DNA of 64,000 bases from Candidatus Hydrothermarchaeum profundi (GCA_002011125.2 MTMF02000009.1:1800989-1864988); one strand, 5' to 3'. Numbered from the stretch's first letter, positions 10,461-20,985 are shown. The notes: a model not told the origin generated them from the letters alone. A program made the numbers and translations.

Positions 10461-11605
10461 AGGCGATGACAGCCAAAAAGGACTACTATGAAATCCTTGG
10501 GGTGCCTAGAAATGCTTCAAAAGAAGAGATCAAGAAAGCCTATCGAAGACTAGCTTTGAAATATCATCCTGACCGTAATAAATCTCCTGACGCTGAAGAG
10601 AAGTTTAAGGAGATCTCTGAGGCCTACGGAGTGCTTAGCGACGATGCTAAAAGAGCACAGTATGACAGATGGGGCCATGCCGGCATAGAGGGCAGATATA
10701 CGGCTGAGGACATATTTAGATCTATCAATTTCGATGATATTTTCGGTGACCTTGGATTCGACTTCGGATTTGACAGCATCTTTGACATGTTCTTTGGCAG
10801 AAGAAGATCCCAGAGAACAGGTCCAAGGAAAGGAGCTGACCTTAGGACTGACATAGAGATAACCCTCGAAGAGGCTTACCGAGGAGTAGAAACAACTGTG
10901 ACATATCCTCGATTAGAGAAATGCGGAGAATGTAATGGAAGCGGAGCTGAACCAGGAACAAGCCCTATAACCTGTCCTAACTGTGGTGGAAGCGGTCAAA
11001 CTAGTTACACAAAGAGAACCCCCTTCGGCCATTTCACTAGCGTAAGCACATGCGGAAGATGTGGAGGTAAAGGTACAATCATTGAAAAGCCGTGCAGAGA
11101 ATGCAAAGGATCAGGTGTAGTCCAGAGGAAGAGAAAAGTGCTGGTAAAGATACCTCCAGGAGTAGATGAGGGGTCAAGACTGAGAATCCCTGGAGAAGGT
11201 GAGGTAGGGGAAAATGGAGGCCCACCAGGCGATCTCTATGTAGTAGTGCATATAAAGCCCCACAAATTCTTCATTAGAGAAGGAGATGATATCCTCTGCG
11301 AGATTCCAATAACATTCAGCCAAGCAGCATTAGGGACCACTATAGAGGTTCCTACACTTGACGGCAAGGCAAAGCTTAAGATCCCTTCAGGAACACAGTC
11401 GGGGACAATTTTCAGGCTGAGAGGGAAAGGTATGCCCAGCTTAAAAGGATACGGCAGAGGCGACCAGCATGTTAGAGTGATCGTTAAAACACCAACAAAA
11501 CTTACAAGAAAGCAGAGAGAACTCTTCGAAGAACTTGCTAAAATCGAGAATGATCAGGGGATAATCTCTAGGGTGATAAATGCATTCACCAGCCCAAGGA
11601 GTTAA
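10457..11605 (+). CDS. dnaJ: Chaperone DnaJ
   Basis: HPD motif, four CxxCxGxG repeats, GDLYV; start may be ATG 10466. Confidence 0.98.
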   Translation: MKAMTAKKDYYEILGVPRNASKEEIKKAYRRLALKYHPDRNKSPDAEEKFKEISEAYGVLSDDAKRAQYDRWGHAGIEGRYTAEDIFRSINFDDIFGDLGFDFGFDSIFDMFFGRRRSQRTGPRKGADLRTDIEITLEEAYRGVETTVTYPRLEKCGECNGSGAEPGTSPITCPNCGGSGQTSYTKRTPFGHFTSVSTCGRCGGKGTIIEKPCRECKGSGVVQRKRKVLVKIPPGVDEGSRLRIPGEGEVGENGGPPGDLYVVVHIKPHKFFIREGDDILCEIPITFSQAALGTTIEVPTLDGKAKLKIPSGTQSGTIFRLRGKGMPSLKGYGRGDQHVRVIVKTPTKLTRKQRELFEELAKIENDQGIISRVINAFTSPRS

Positions 11606-11653
11606 GATTAATATTTATCATTAAATAAAAATCTAATAGGAGGTGCAGGAAAA

Positions 11654-13318
11654 ATGGCTGCACAAATGGGAGGACAACCGGTATATATACTGCAGGAGGG
11701 TACCCAAAGATTTACTGGTAGAGATGCGAGAAGGATGAATATAACAGCCGGTAAAGTAGTGGCCGAAGCCGTGAAAAGCACCTTGGGACCAAAAGGTATG
11801 GATAAAATGCTTGTAGACTCCTCGGGGGACATTCTTATAACCAACGACGGCGCGGCCATACTGAAGGAGGTCGAAGTTAAACACCCTGCAGCCAAGATGA
11901 TGGTAGAGATAGCTAAGACTGTGGAAACCGAGGTAGGCGATGGGACAACTAGCTCAGTCGTATTAGCAGGCGAACTTCTAAAGAAGGCTGAGGACCTGCT
12001 AGATCAAGACATCCATGCCACAGTGATAGCGAGAGGTTACAGGATGGCGGAAGAAGAGGGGGTAAATATCCTTTCAAAAATCAGCAAAAAAGTAGACCCT
12101 GCAGACGAGGCTATACTAGAGAAAGTTGCTTTAACAGCATTGAACTCAAAAGCGTCAGGAATAACTGCACGTGAGCATCTAGCGAAGCTAGCGGTACAAG
12201 CTGTGAAGAAAGTTGCGGAGAAAAGTGATGGAACCTTTAATGTGGATAAAGCAAACATCAAGATTCAAAAAGTTGTAGGAGGGTCTACCCGCGACTCAGA
12301 GTTGGTTGAAGGTATAGTGATAGACAAAGAAATAGCTCACTCCGGCATGCCTAGAGTAGTGAAGAACGCGAAAATAGCTATTCTAAATACCGAGCTGAAA
12401 GTCAAGAAGACTGAGACGGATGCAAAGTTCAATATTACCTCGCCTGAGCAGGTTAAGAAGTTCATGGACGAGGAAGAGGAGACTGTCAAGAATATGGTAA
12501 AGGCAATAGCAGCTACAGGGGCTAACTGCGTGCTATGCCAGAAAGATATAGAGGTTCTAGCCCAGTATTACCTAGCGAAGGAGAACATACTAGCGGTCAA
12601 GAGTATAAGCGAGAAAGATATAAAGCTTATATCCAGAGCTACCGGAGGAAAAATAATCACCAATATCAAGGACATATCCTCCAAGGACCTAGGAAAAGCA
12701 GGCAAAGTAGAGGGGAAGAAAATCGGGGGTAAAGAATTCGTGTTCATAGAGGACTGTGAGAATCCAAAGGCCCTAACAGTGCTCTTGAAGGGCGGCTCAG
12801 AGCATGTCGTTGACGAATCAGAGAGGAGCATGGATGATGCTATAAGCGTGGTTAAAGATGTTGCCGAAGACGGTACTGTGCTGCCAGGTGGAGGAGCTGC
12901 GCTAATGGAGGTTTCAATGCGCTTGAAAGACTTTTCAAATACGATTAGCGGCAGAGAACAGCTAGCCGTCTTAGAGTTCGCTAACGCCTTAGAGAAGATA
13001 CCAAGGACTATCGCCGAGAATGCAGGACTAGATCCGATAGACACTATTATCGCCCTGCGAGCTTCCCATGAGAAGGGAGGACTAGAGGAGGGTATAGACC
13101 TAGCTACAGGAGAACCTAGAAACATGTACGAGCTAGGCATCGTTGAGCCAGGGAAAATGGTCAAGCAGGTCATAAGGTCTGCTACCGAAGCTGCTATAAT
13201 GATACTGCGGATAGATGATGTCATCGCTGCAAAAGGCAGCCTAGGAGAAGAAGAGGAAGAAAAAAAGGAGTCAGAACTCCCGAAAGGGCGTAAGAGACCA
13301 CAGATGCCTTCCTACTAA
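11654..13318 (+). CDS. ths: Thermosome (group II chaperonin) subunit
   Basis: TLGPKGMDKML, ITNDGA, GDGTTS, ILRIDDVI; GGAGGTG SD. Confidence 0.97.
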   Translation: MAAQMGGQPVYILQEGTQRFTGRDARRMNITAGKVVAEAVKSTLGPKGMDKMLVDSSGDILITNDGAAILKEVEVKHPAAKMMVEIAKTVETEVGDGTTSSVVLAGELLKKAEDLLDQDIHATVIARGYRMAEEEGVNILSKISKKVDPADEAILEKVALTALNSKASGITAREHLAKLAVQAVKKVAEKSDGTFNVDKANIKIQKVVGGSTRDSELVEGIVIDKEIAHSGMPRVVKNAKIAILNTELKVKKTETDAKFNITSPEQVKKFMDEEEETVKNMVKAIAATGANCVLCQKDIEVLAQYYLAKENILAVKSISEKDIKLISRATGGKIITNIKDISSKDLGKAGKVEGKKIGGKEFVFIEDCENPKALTVLLKGGSEHVVDESERSMDDAISVVKDVAEDGTVLPGGGAALMEVSMRLKDFSNTISGREQLAVLEFANALEKIPRTIAENAGLDPIDTIIALRASHEKGGLEEGIDLATGEPRNMYELGIVEPGKMVKQVIRSATEAAIMILRIDDVIAAKGSLGEEEEEKKESELPKGRKRPQMPSY

Positions 13319-13324
13319 ACAAAT

Positions 13325-13365
13325 GCCCTCCTCTAGCTGAGGGGGCGGTCTTTTTCTAGTTTTTT
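13325..13365 (+). terminator. GC hairpin plus T tracts after thermosome gene
   Basis: GCCCTCCTC-tagct-GAGGGGGC followed by TCTTTTTCTAGTTTTTT. Confidence 0.55.
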
Positions 13366-13406
13366 CCAGAAAATTATTAAAACATTATAGCACTATTCTG
13401 TTTGAT

Positions 13407-14444
13407 ATGCCATCGATTTTCTTCGATTTAGAGGGGCCTTTATCACCCCAGGATAATGCTTACGAGGTCCTTGGCCTAGCTCCAGAGGGAGCTAAGGTCT
13501 TTGAAGTTATAAGCAGATATGACGATATGCTCACCTTAGAGGGCAGGGCAAACTACGAGCCTGGAGACACTCTAAAACTGATTGTTCCTTTCCTTATACT
13601 TCACAGAATCTCTGAGAAAGACATCATTAATGTGTCGAAAAAAGCTAAGATAGTACCGGGTGCAAGGGAACTTATATCGGTTCTGCATGAGAGGGGCTGG
13701 AATGTATTCATAATATCAACGAGCTACCAGCAACATGCCTATAATGTCGCTTCTCAGGTAGGTGTGAATAGGGAGAGAGTCGCATGTACAAAGATGCCCT
13801 TAAATAGATATGTTTCTGAGCTGGCAAATGAGGACCTAGAGATCGTTAGAGAAATGGAAGAGAGGATACTAGAAGACCTATATTACGAGAAAGACGGAAA
13901 GAGAGTGGTTAGGGAATTGGATGATTTCTTCTTTAAAAAACTAAGAAGCACAAAGCTAGGCGAGATTTTTAGCGAGGTTACCGTGGTAGGTGGAAGCAGG
14001 AAAGTCGCTGCCCTAAAGAGATTTTATGATAAAGACGACTTAAGCGGAGTAGTGGCTATAGGAGATAGTATAACGGATTATAAGATGCTTGACGCGGTAA
14101 AGCAGGGAGGAGGCCTAGCAATAGCCTTTAATGGGAACGAGTATTCTATACCTTACTCCAGCGTTGCGATAGCAAGTGTAGACCAGAGATTCTCCCTTCC
14201 CCTACTAGATGCCTTTGAAAGAGGAGGCAAGGAAAAAGCAGTACAGTTCGCTTTAAAACTCGAGAAAACAGATCCAAAAGAGATAGTAGAAATAATGGAC
14301 GAGAATATAGCTAGTGGCATCCTGACGCATCCGCCCAGGTATCACTGCATAGAAGGAGTCAATAGGGATAAGATACAGAGCGTAATAAGCATACATAAGG
14401 AATACCGAATGCTGGTTAGAGGAGAAGCAGGCAAGCTCGGATAA
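13407..14444 (+). CDS. HAD-superfamily protein (EhaR/COG4030-like)
   Basis: FDLEGPLSPQDNAYE, ISTSYQQ, GDSITD, AFNGNEY. Confidence 0.75.
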   Translation: MPSIFFDLEGPLSPQDNAYEVLGLAPEGAKVFEVISRYDDMLTLEGRANYEPGDTLKLIVPFLILHRISEKDIINVSKKAKIVPGARELISVLHERGWNVFIISTSYQQHAYNVASQVGVNRERVACTKMPLNRYVSELANEDLEIVREMEERILEDLYYEKDGKRVVRELDDFFFKKLRSTKLGEIFSEVTVVGGSRKVAALKRFYDKDDLSGVVAIGDSITDYKMLDAVKQGGGLAIAFNGNEYSIPYSSVAIASVDQRFSLPLLDAFERGGKEKAVQFALKLEKTDPKEIVEIMDENIASGILTHPPRYHCIEGVNRDKIQSVISIHKEYRMLVRGEAGKLG

Positions 14445-14459
14445 TATTGGATTAAAATC

Positions 14460-14708
14460 ATGAAATATTCAAAAATAACATGCCGGATAGAAACCGACAA
14501 TAGAAAGAAAGTAGAGGAACTAGTCTCCCGCGGTCTTTTCAAAAACATGTCAGAATTTTACAGACTAGCTATAAATAGGCTGCTCAGAGAGATCGCAGAA
14601 TACGAAAAAGCTAGGAAAAATGAAAAGAGAAAAGCACTGCAGAGGCCCGACCTCAAGATAGAGGAAAACATGAAAGACATCGCCAAGTTCGTAGATGACC
14701 TCTTCTAA
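14460..14708 (+). CDS. Ribbon-helix-helix DNA-binding protein
   Basis: ITCRI...EELVSRGLFKNMSEFYRLAINRLL pattern. Confidence 0.7.
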   Translation: MKYSKITCRIETDNRKKVEELVSRGLFKNMSEFYRLAINRLLREIAEYEKARKNEKRKALQRPDLKIEENMKDIAKFVDDLF

Positions 14709-16105
14709 CTTACCGTCCAATTTTGATCTAAATACCCGCCAATCCGTGAAGAGTCAAGCGGCCCAACCATTACCTCCCAGCCAGTGGCTTCCTCTATTTC
14801 ACCGCTTATCCTAGCAGCCATGCCGGGGATTATTATTTTCCTGTGCTTTACGAGGTCTTTAACTTTTGATGAAACTATCACATCCTTAACAAGACTAGCG
14901 GTGAGCTTACCACCTGCCATAGCCGGCTCTACCGCAAGACCTTCTGTGTCAACCACAATAAGATGGCAGTCCACCTTAGATGCCTCCAGGTCAGCCGCCA
15001 CAGTATAATAGGTTAAAGCAAAATTCGTAGTCATAAGCACAGGAGACTCCTCATCCGGGTTCCCTATAGTATACACGCCCGGATCAACCTGTATAGGTAC
15101 TCTCGGATCCGTATAGATGTTCTGTCTCAGAGTTAAAATTGGGAGAATAGACCAAGTCTCCAAAGAATGAAGTATAAGGATATCGCAGTATCTAAGCATC
15201 TGAGTTGCAGCTAAGGTCGCCTCCATCATAGACGCTTTAACATCGTCCTTCTCAATCTGCCAAGCAACCATGGGTACTCCTATCAAAGGGAATCCAACCA
15301 GGTTAAGGTTTCTCTCAATTGCCATTCGCCTTAGTGCAGCAAGGTTTTCCAGCATCTGCCCATATCTATCACCGAGAGGATAACTTCCTATATCTAAGAC
15401 GAGTTCGCTTAGACCCATATCTAATAGATCCTGAGATAGATCTAAAAGTCCTTGCATATCCCCCGGAGACGATGCTACCAAAGGACACTTATGATCCAAT
15501 GCTAGCTTCCCTACCTTCTCCCAATTATCCCTAGTAGCTGCATAGATTAAAGGCCTCCTATCAACTGCTATCTCCAGAGCAATCTCAAGAAGCTCAGGAT
15601 CTAGAGCACATATCGCAAGGGGCAGATCCGTTCTCTCCATTACTGAAAGCACTACCTCGCCAAACTTAGTAGGATCCCCGCTTCTAGACCTTATGGCGAC
15701 TCCATTTAACCTTAGATCCTGTCCAATACGTGTTATAATGAAATGATCTATTCTAGTAATCCTCTCCGATATCTCGTCACTGGACATCTCATCATGAACG
15801 TCAAAGAAAAGCGCAGTAGGATTAAAGTAGGTGAGCTCATGCCTATACATCACCTCCTCCCCACCGATCTTTACTGCTTTACTACCACTTCCTATCACGA
15901 TCTCCTTCACTGGAGGAGTCAGTATTGCCTCTAGTTTTTTCCTCTTATCTCTATATTTCTCATCTAAGAGAGGATGACAATCCTCAATAGTGCGCTTCCT
16001 TTCTATAAGTGCAGAAGCAAACGCCATACAGCTCACTTCACCGCACTCCTTACAGTTAGTTCCGGGAAGAAGCCTATAAATTTCCATGGGGGATACTTTT
16101 GCCAT
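14705..16105 (-). CDS. cdhE: ACDS complex gamma subunit (corrinoid Fe-S protein large subunit)
   Basis: LPGTNCKECGEVSCMAFA, GGEEVMYRHE, LRQNIYTDP, TTNFALTYY; ATG at 16105. Confidence 0.95.
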   Translation of the reverse strand: MAKVSPMEIYRLLPGTNCKECGEVSCMAFASALIERKRTIEDCHPLLDEKYRDKRKKLEAILTPPVKEIVIGSGSKAVKIGGEEVMYRHELTYFNPTALFFDVHDEMSSDEISERITRIDHFIITRIGQDLRLNGVAIRSRSGDPTKFGEVVLSVMERTDLPLAICALDPELLEIALEIAVDRRPLIYAATRDNWEKVGKLALDHKCPLVASSPGDMQGLLDLSQDLLDMGLSELVLDIGSYPLGDRYGQMLENLAALRRMAIERNLNLVGFPLIGVPMVAWQIEKDDVKASMMEATLAATQMLRYCDILILHSLETWSILPILTLRQNIYTDPRVPIQVDPGVYTIGNPDEESPVLMTTNFALTYYTVAADLEASKVDCHLIVVDTEGLAVEPAMAGGKLTASLVKDVIVSSKVKDLVKHRKIIIPGMAARISGEIEEATGWEVMVGPLDSSRIGGYLDQNWTVS

Positions 16106-16115
16106 GAATCCACCT

Positions 16116-16583
16116 CTAAACGAACTCAATAGCATTTAAGGGACATGACTCTATGCAGACGCTACAAGGCCTATTCTCGGCATCCTCCTCAAAGCGCCTG
16201 CAAATCCTGAGATTGCATATCTCAACCTTACCATTAGCTATTTTCATTATAATCTCCCTAGTAGTGGGTCCTTTTCCGCCAGAAACGTCAAGGCTTACAG
16301 ATACATTAGGAGGGCATGCCACGACGCAGTTCCCGCATCCGTTACATAGGTCCTCATGGATAATCATGCGTGTTTCCTTAACTTCATGAAGCTTACCAGC
16401 TAACTCTTTTAATGCTATCCTTTGCTTAATATATTTTGGATTCTTAAGCACTACACACTGATCTAGGTAGGCCTTCTTTCCGGCCATCTTTACTGCAAAC
16501 GCCATGCAGTTTGGGAAACCGCATTTCCCACAGTTTTTCTCCTTAGGTAAGAGCTTATAAATATCCATTGGAGATATCGTCAT
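16116..16583 (-). CDS. Fe-S protein: CdhE-type N-terminal FeS domain fused to FwdG-like 2x[4Fe-4S] ferredoxin
   Basis: NCGKCGFPNCMAFA...C; CNGCGNCVVACP...GGKGPT; CSVCIESCP. Confidence 0.8.
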   Translation of the reverse strand: MTISPMDIYKLLPKEKNCGKCGFPNCMAFAVKMAGKKAYLDQCVVLKNPKYIKQRIALKELAGKLHEVKETRMIIHEDLCNGCGNCVVACPPNVSVSLDVSGGKGPTTREIIMKIANGKVEICNLRICRRFEEDAENRPCSVCIESCPLNAIEFV

Positions 16584-17725
16584 ATCTTCAACCAATCCTC
16601 ATACTTGAATTCCGGAGAATCAACTTCTCCAGACTTAGAACTAATCACATTCTTAACTATATTAACCGCTGTTGGATGAAGCATCATCATAACATCAGCG
16701 CCAGCGCTCAGCACAGTAAGCGCAGTAATCGTCTCCCATAATGGACCCCGGTATTCTCTAGGACCCCACCTAGGCTCATTCATCCATGCCTCTCTGGCAG
16801 CCCAAGCATTAGTTACACCGCAGGATATAGGATTTTGCAGATCCTCATCGCCCTTAAGGGCACTATCCTTCATTCTCTCTATAAGCGTGAAGGTGTATTC
16901 AATACCATATCCCAGAGCGCCTGTAGTCGGATCCATCACCATTCTTTCCTTAGGCAGCCCACACTCAAGTAGAAGCTTGTTTAATGTTTTTTGATCATTT
17001 ATATCCATTGAAGTCCACGAGAGGACATTATGCCCGTACTTGTTAGCTGCTTCAACTACCCTCTTATAGTCGAGATCAAGATTCGCAGAAGCTATTAAAC
17101 ACATTTCTCCCTCAGCAACCTCTGCTGCCTTCTCGAAGACAAGAGGATCCTTCTCAGGGTTCCCTGAGCCACCGATGACTAAGGGCACCTTTACCGCTTG
17201 TAGAACCTCCTCTACAGTCTTTGCAGCCTCTCGAGGAGAGGTATCTTTAATCTTTGGGTCAGTGGAAATAAGATGAATAGTTATCATATCGGCTCCCCTT
17301 TTTACAGCCTCCTTAGCCCACTCTGCAGGGGAACTCCAATAATCCTGCCAGACCTCTCGGAGTGCTTTGGCGAAGCTAGGCATTTCCAAATCGAATACGT
17401 CATAGCTTACCACGGGGCGGTTTTTGTGTCCTCCCTCATACTGGTATAAGGTTGTCTGTCCACCTATCTTCACCACTTTCTCTCTAGTTCCACCCTCACT
17501 CCTCGTAGCTCCTATCTGCACTTCAGCGATTGAACCTTTATACTCTTTTATCGGATGCTCAAATTTTATCCGCTCTTTTTCTTTAAGCACCTTCTTAGCC
17601 CTTGGAATAAACATTGGGGGACTCTGCTTTAACTCTAATATAAGCTCGTCAACATCTATTTCGACATTATCTAATTCCAATTCTTCCGCATCTACAAGAG
17701 ACGAAATTAAATCCTCAAGCCTCAT
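16580..17725 (-). CDS. cdhD: ACDS complex delta subunit (corrinoid Fe-S protein small subunit)
   Basis: IHLISTDP, GGSGNPEKDP, MDPTTGALGYGIEY, NAWAAREAW, MMMLHP. Confidence 0.95.
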   Translation of the reverse strand: MRLEDLISSLVDAEELELDNVEIDVDELILELKQSPPMFIPRAKKVLKEKERIKFEHPIKEYKGSIAEVQIGATRSEGGTREKVVKIGGQTTLYQYEGGHKNRPVVSYDVFDLEMPSFAKALREVWQDYWSSPAEWAKEAVKRGADMITIHLISTDPKIKDTSPREAAKTVEEVLQAVKVPLVIGGSGNPEKDPLVFEKAAEVAEGEMCLIASANLDLDYKRVVEAANKYGHNVLSWTSMDINDQKTLNKLLLECGLPKERMVMDPTTGALGYGIEYTFTLIERMKDSALKGDEDLQNPISCGVTNAWAAREAWMNEPRWGPREYRGPLWETITALTVLSAGADVMMMLHPTAVNIVKNVISSKSGEVDSPEFKYEDWLKI

Positions 17726-18476
17726 AACGCATCAACAGCCTTCCAACTATTTCCCTAACAGCATTTAGGGCTTTAGAGTTTTCCGGCAGTTCTATTAAAG
17801 GTTTTCCATCGAAATCATATTCAAGTACCTTCTCATCTTCTGGTATAGATCCTAAAATCTCTAGACCCAGCTCCCTAGAATATTCCTCAATTTTGCTCAG
17901 CTTATCCTGAGAAACTCTATTTACTATTACAAAAAGATCCTTAAAGTTTATCTCTAAGTGTCTCGAAAGATCTTTTATCCTTTTAGCCGTACTCACTCCC
18001 CTCTTGGAGGGATCCGTTATCACGAGCATGACATCAACATCCTGCGTTGTTCTTCTACTCAAATGCTCCAATCCAGCCTCTGTGTCAATCACAACATAGT
18101 CGTAGTTCTTGGCGAAAGTATCTATTATTTCCCTGAGAACATGATTAACTGCACAGTAACATCCTTGCCCTTCAGGCCTACCCATAACCAAAAGATCAAA
18201 CTTATCTCCTTCCACTATAGCGCCCATCGTCTTATACTCTAAAAGGTCTCTCCAAGACACGCCCGGCGGCATCTTGTCCCTCTCCTTTAGAAGCTCCTCT
18301 CTTAAGTCACCTATAGTTTTATCGAATTCTAACCCCAGAGCACCAGATAGGTTCTCATCTGGATCAGCATCAATAGCGAGTATATCCTTCCCATTCATCT
18401 CAGATAGCGTCCTCACTAGGAGGGAGGCAAACATTGTCTTGCCTGTTCCTCCTTTCCCCGAGACGGCTATGATCAC
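17715..18476 (-). CDS. cooC: Nickel-insertion ATPase CooC/AcsF
   Basis: GKGGTGKT, DADP, GCYC, DTEAGLEHLSR. Confidence 0.9.
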   Translation of the reverse strand: MIIAVSGKGGTGKTMFASLLVRTLSEMNGKDILAIDADPDENLSGALGLEFDKTIGDLREELLKERDKMPPGVSWRDLLEYKTMGAIVEGDKFDLLVMGRPEGQGCYCAVNHVLREIIDTFAKNYDYVVIDTEAGLEHLSRRTTQDVDVMLVITDPSKRGVSTAKRIKDLSRHLEINFKDLFVIVNRVSQDKLSKIEEYSRELGLEILGSIPEDEKVLEYDFDGKPLIELPENSKALNAVREIVGRLLMRYEA

Positions 18477-19846
18477 TTTTCTTTCCTCGTGATTATAATC
18501 TTTTCAGCGTAAATCTTGGCGTTTTTGAATGTTATACTAATCCCGCCTCCCGCTATAGGTATACCTTGAACAGGCATTTCTAGCTCAGGAACAGTTACTG
18601 CAGGTTTCTCGCCTTCTGCAGGCACTTCTTCTACTTCCTTTGCCCATCTCTCAACTACGGGGTGTTCCTTTTCCTTGAGGAATGCTTTCAGAGTCTCTAG
18701 GTCAGTAGCATCTTCTTCGGTAGCGATCTTCTCTCTGAGATGTTCTGGAACATCCTCACCTATTCTATCTTTAAGGTCCCTTGGAAGCCAGACTACTCTG
18801 TCCCATCCTCCATCTCCCTTTAAAAATTTTGGAGAACGTAGATACTCTACAGCGATCCCTTGGAAACCCTCGCTCTGTACACCGCCGCCAACTTGGCCCG
18901 CCATAGTTGAAAAAGGTATCCCAAAGGGTGTGACGCCATGAAAGTCCCTGTGAACTACTCCTATCCCATCAACTTCCGGAATGTAAAATGCTATAGCCTC
19001 GAAACATCCGCAAGAAGTATGGGGATAATCGAATAAGCTGTGGAGGAAAACTCTCTCCACCTCACCATTAGACCTCTTATAAGTCATCTCATTTATTCCA
19101 GAAAATTCGCCTCTCTCAGGATCTATCTCTTCTCCCTTGTGAACCTCAAATATAGGTCCTTTAGGATCTACTTTTACTGCCGCTCTTCCTTCGAACCAAG
19201 TTATTGAACCGCAAGAAGATGTTCTACTTGGAGTAATTGTACATACGTGCTTGGGAGCAAAGCTTTGGCAGAGAACACATCCATAAAACACATCGACATC
19301 TTCATCTTTTAGCCCTCGTATCCTAGAGTCCCTCTTCTGATAGACCTTCCGGGCTTCTGAAATAAATCTATCGACCTCTTTCTCATCAGTATAGAAGGTA
19401 ACTTGCATCGCCTCTATGGCATCGAATTCTGACTTAAAAAGATGTATTAAGGCCTTACCGACATGTTTCAGGCTTAGACCTTTTTTCGCTCCTTCTTTGC
19501 TAACCCTGCACCATATAACATCTCGAGAATTGAGGTGCATGAAAGTTTGAACGTAATTTGCAAAGTCGTGTATTCGCCTCTCAAAGACACCTTCAAGGTC
19601 CTCTTCCAGTTTTTCTCCTGCGACTTCTACGAAAATTCCAAAGGAGTAAGCTTTACCTTCCTCCATATCCTGAATATCAGACCCTATAACTTCAACTTTA
19701 CCGTCTTGAACTTTATCCTTAGGGGCAACTACTAGTAGTTCTGCTCCCTTACTTTTGGGACCAGCTAAGTCTACATACATGTTTGCCTTTCGTATCCGTT
19801 CTCCTTCATATATCAAACCAACATCCACAGGCAAATCTTCTAGCAT
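18473..19846 (-). CDS. cdhC: ACDS complex beta subunit (acetyl-CoA synthase)
   Basis: FYGCVLCQSFAP, PHTSCGCFE A-cluster motifs, GGWDRVVWLP; GAGGTGA SD before ATG 19846. Confidence 0.95.
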   Translation of the reverse strand: MLEDLPVDVGLIYEGERIRKANMYVDLAGPKSKGAELLVVAPKDKVQDGKVEVIGSDIQDMEEGKAYSFGIFVEVAGEKLEEDLEGVFERRIHDFANYVQTFMHLNSRDVIWCRVSKEGAKKGLSLKHVGKALIHLFKSEFDAIEAMQVTFYTDEKEVDRFISEARKVYQKRDSRIRGLKDEDVDVFYGCVLCQSFAPKHVCTITPSRTSSCGSITWFEGRAAVKVDPKGPIFEVHKGEEIDPERGEFSGINEMTYKRSNGEVERVFLHSLFDYPHTSCGCFEAIAFYIPEVDGIGVVHRDFHGVTPFGIPFSTMAGQVGGGVQSEGFQGIAVEYLRSPKFLKGDGGWDRVVWLPRDLKDRIGEDVPEHLREKIATEEDATDLETLKAFLKEKEHPVVERWAKEVEEVPAEGEKPAVTVPELEMPVQGIPIAGGGISITFKNAKIYAEKIIITRKEK

Positions 19847-20066
19847 CGCTTCACCTCTCTTCATCATGATTATTTATGATATATATCCTTTTTGGTACGC
19901 TTTTCACAGCATTCATTTCAGATCACTATCAAGGAATTAAGCAGTCGCTTTGTCCTACCTAATTCTTGTTAGAAATATTTAGCTATCTATCTACAATAAA
20001 AAAATATGAAACTTAGAGTAAAAAATCCATAATAAAATATATATCTGAGATACGAGAGGCTAAAAA

Positions 20067-20813
20067 ATGGACCGGTTCTATCTCCGTTGGCAAGTTCTAT
20101 TAGGGTTATTATTGGTCAGTATTTCAGCGCTTCTTTACACCCTCCATTATATCATTTTCAGGGACTCTCACCATATATTCATATTCATGTTAGGAAAACT
20201 TGCCTTCCTGCCTATAGAAGTCCTCTTTGTTACTCTCATAATACATCAACTGCTCAATGAAAGAGAAAAACGGATAAGATTAGAGAAGCTAAACATGGTA
20301 ATCGGTGCATTTTTTAGCGAAATAGGGACAAAACTAGTGAGATATTTCTCAAATTTTGATCCATCATTAGACGATATTAGGAGAGAGCTAATAGTCACCG
20401 GAGAATGGTCGGATGAAAAATTCAATAAAGTGAGCGACAACCTAAAAAGCTATGAATATAAACTAAATGTCGAGGAATCAACATTAGAGGATCTACGAGT
20501 ATTTCTTAACGAGAGAAAAGACTTTTTACTTCGATTGCTAGAGAACCCTAGTCTATTAGAGCACGAGTCCTTCACACAACTTTTACAAGCTGTTTTCCAT
20601 CTAGAAGAGGAACTCATTATAAGAGAGAGTTTGAAACATCTGCCTGAAAGTGACTATGAGCATCTTTCCGGGGACATGCAAAGAGTCTATGTTATGCTAG
20701 TCCATCAGTGGCTTGATTACATGAGATACTTGAAAGATAACTATCCCTATATCTTTTCTCTTGCAATGAGAACAAACCCCTTTGACAAGAATGCTACGCC
20801 AATAGTTAGCTGA
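20067..20813 (+). CDS. Conserved hypothetical membrane protein (2 N-terminal TM helices)
   Basis: AFLPIEVLFVTLII, KLNMVIGAFFSE, LLENP.LLEHESFT, RTNPF: recognisable but uncharacterised family. Confidence 0.75.
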   Translation: MDRFYLRWQVLLGLLLVSISALLYTLHYIIFRDSHHIFIFMLGKLAFLPIEVLFVTLIIHQLLNEREKRIRLEKLNMVIGAFFSEIGTKLVRYFSNFDPSLDDIRRELIVTGEWSDEKFNKVSDNLKSYEYKLNVEESTLEDLRVFLNERKDFLLRLLENPSLLEHESFTQLLQAVFHLEEELIIRESLKHLPESDYEHLSGDMQRVYVMLVHQWLDYMRYLKDNYPYIFSLAMRTNPFDKNATPIVS

Positions 20814-20985
20814 ATCTAGGGCACTATTAATAAGTAGAGAAAACTAGGTGGAGCTATTAGACAACACCTCTTTCCGCGGCTATCTTTGTGCTATTTTAAT
20901 AGTTACTAGATATTGTTTATCTTAATGTTTACACAAAATTTAATGAGAATATTTCTTTTTTCGATCCCATATCTAACAACGATAT

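Noticed and set aside
4382-13224. Numerous Ser/Phe/Leu-rich antisense ORFs (for example 4382-4981, 9911-10339, 12568-13224)
   Set aside because: Reverse-frame shadows of E/K-rich genes with clear family motifs on the other strand
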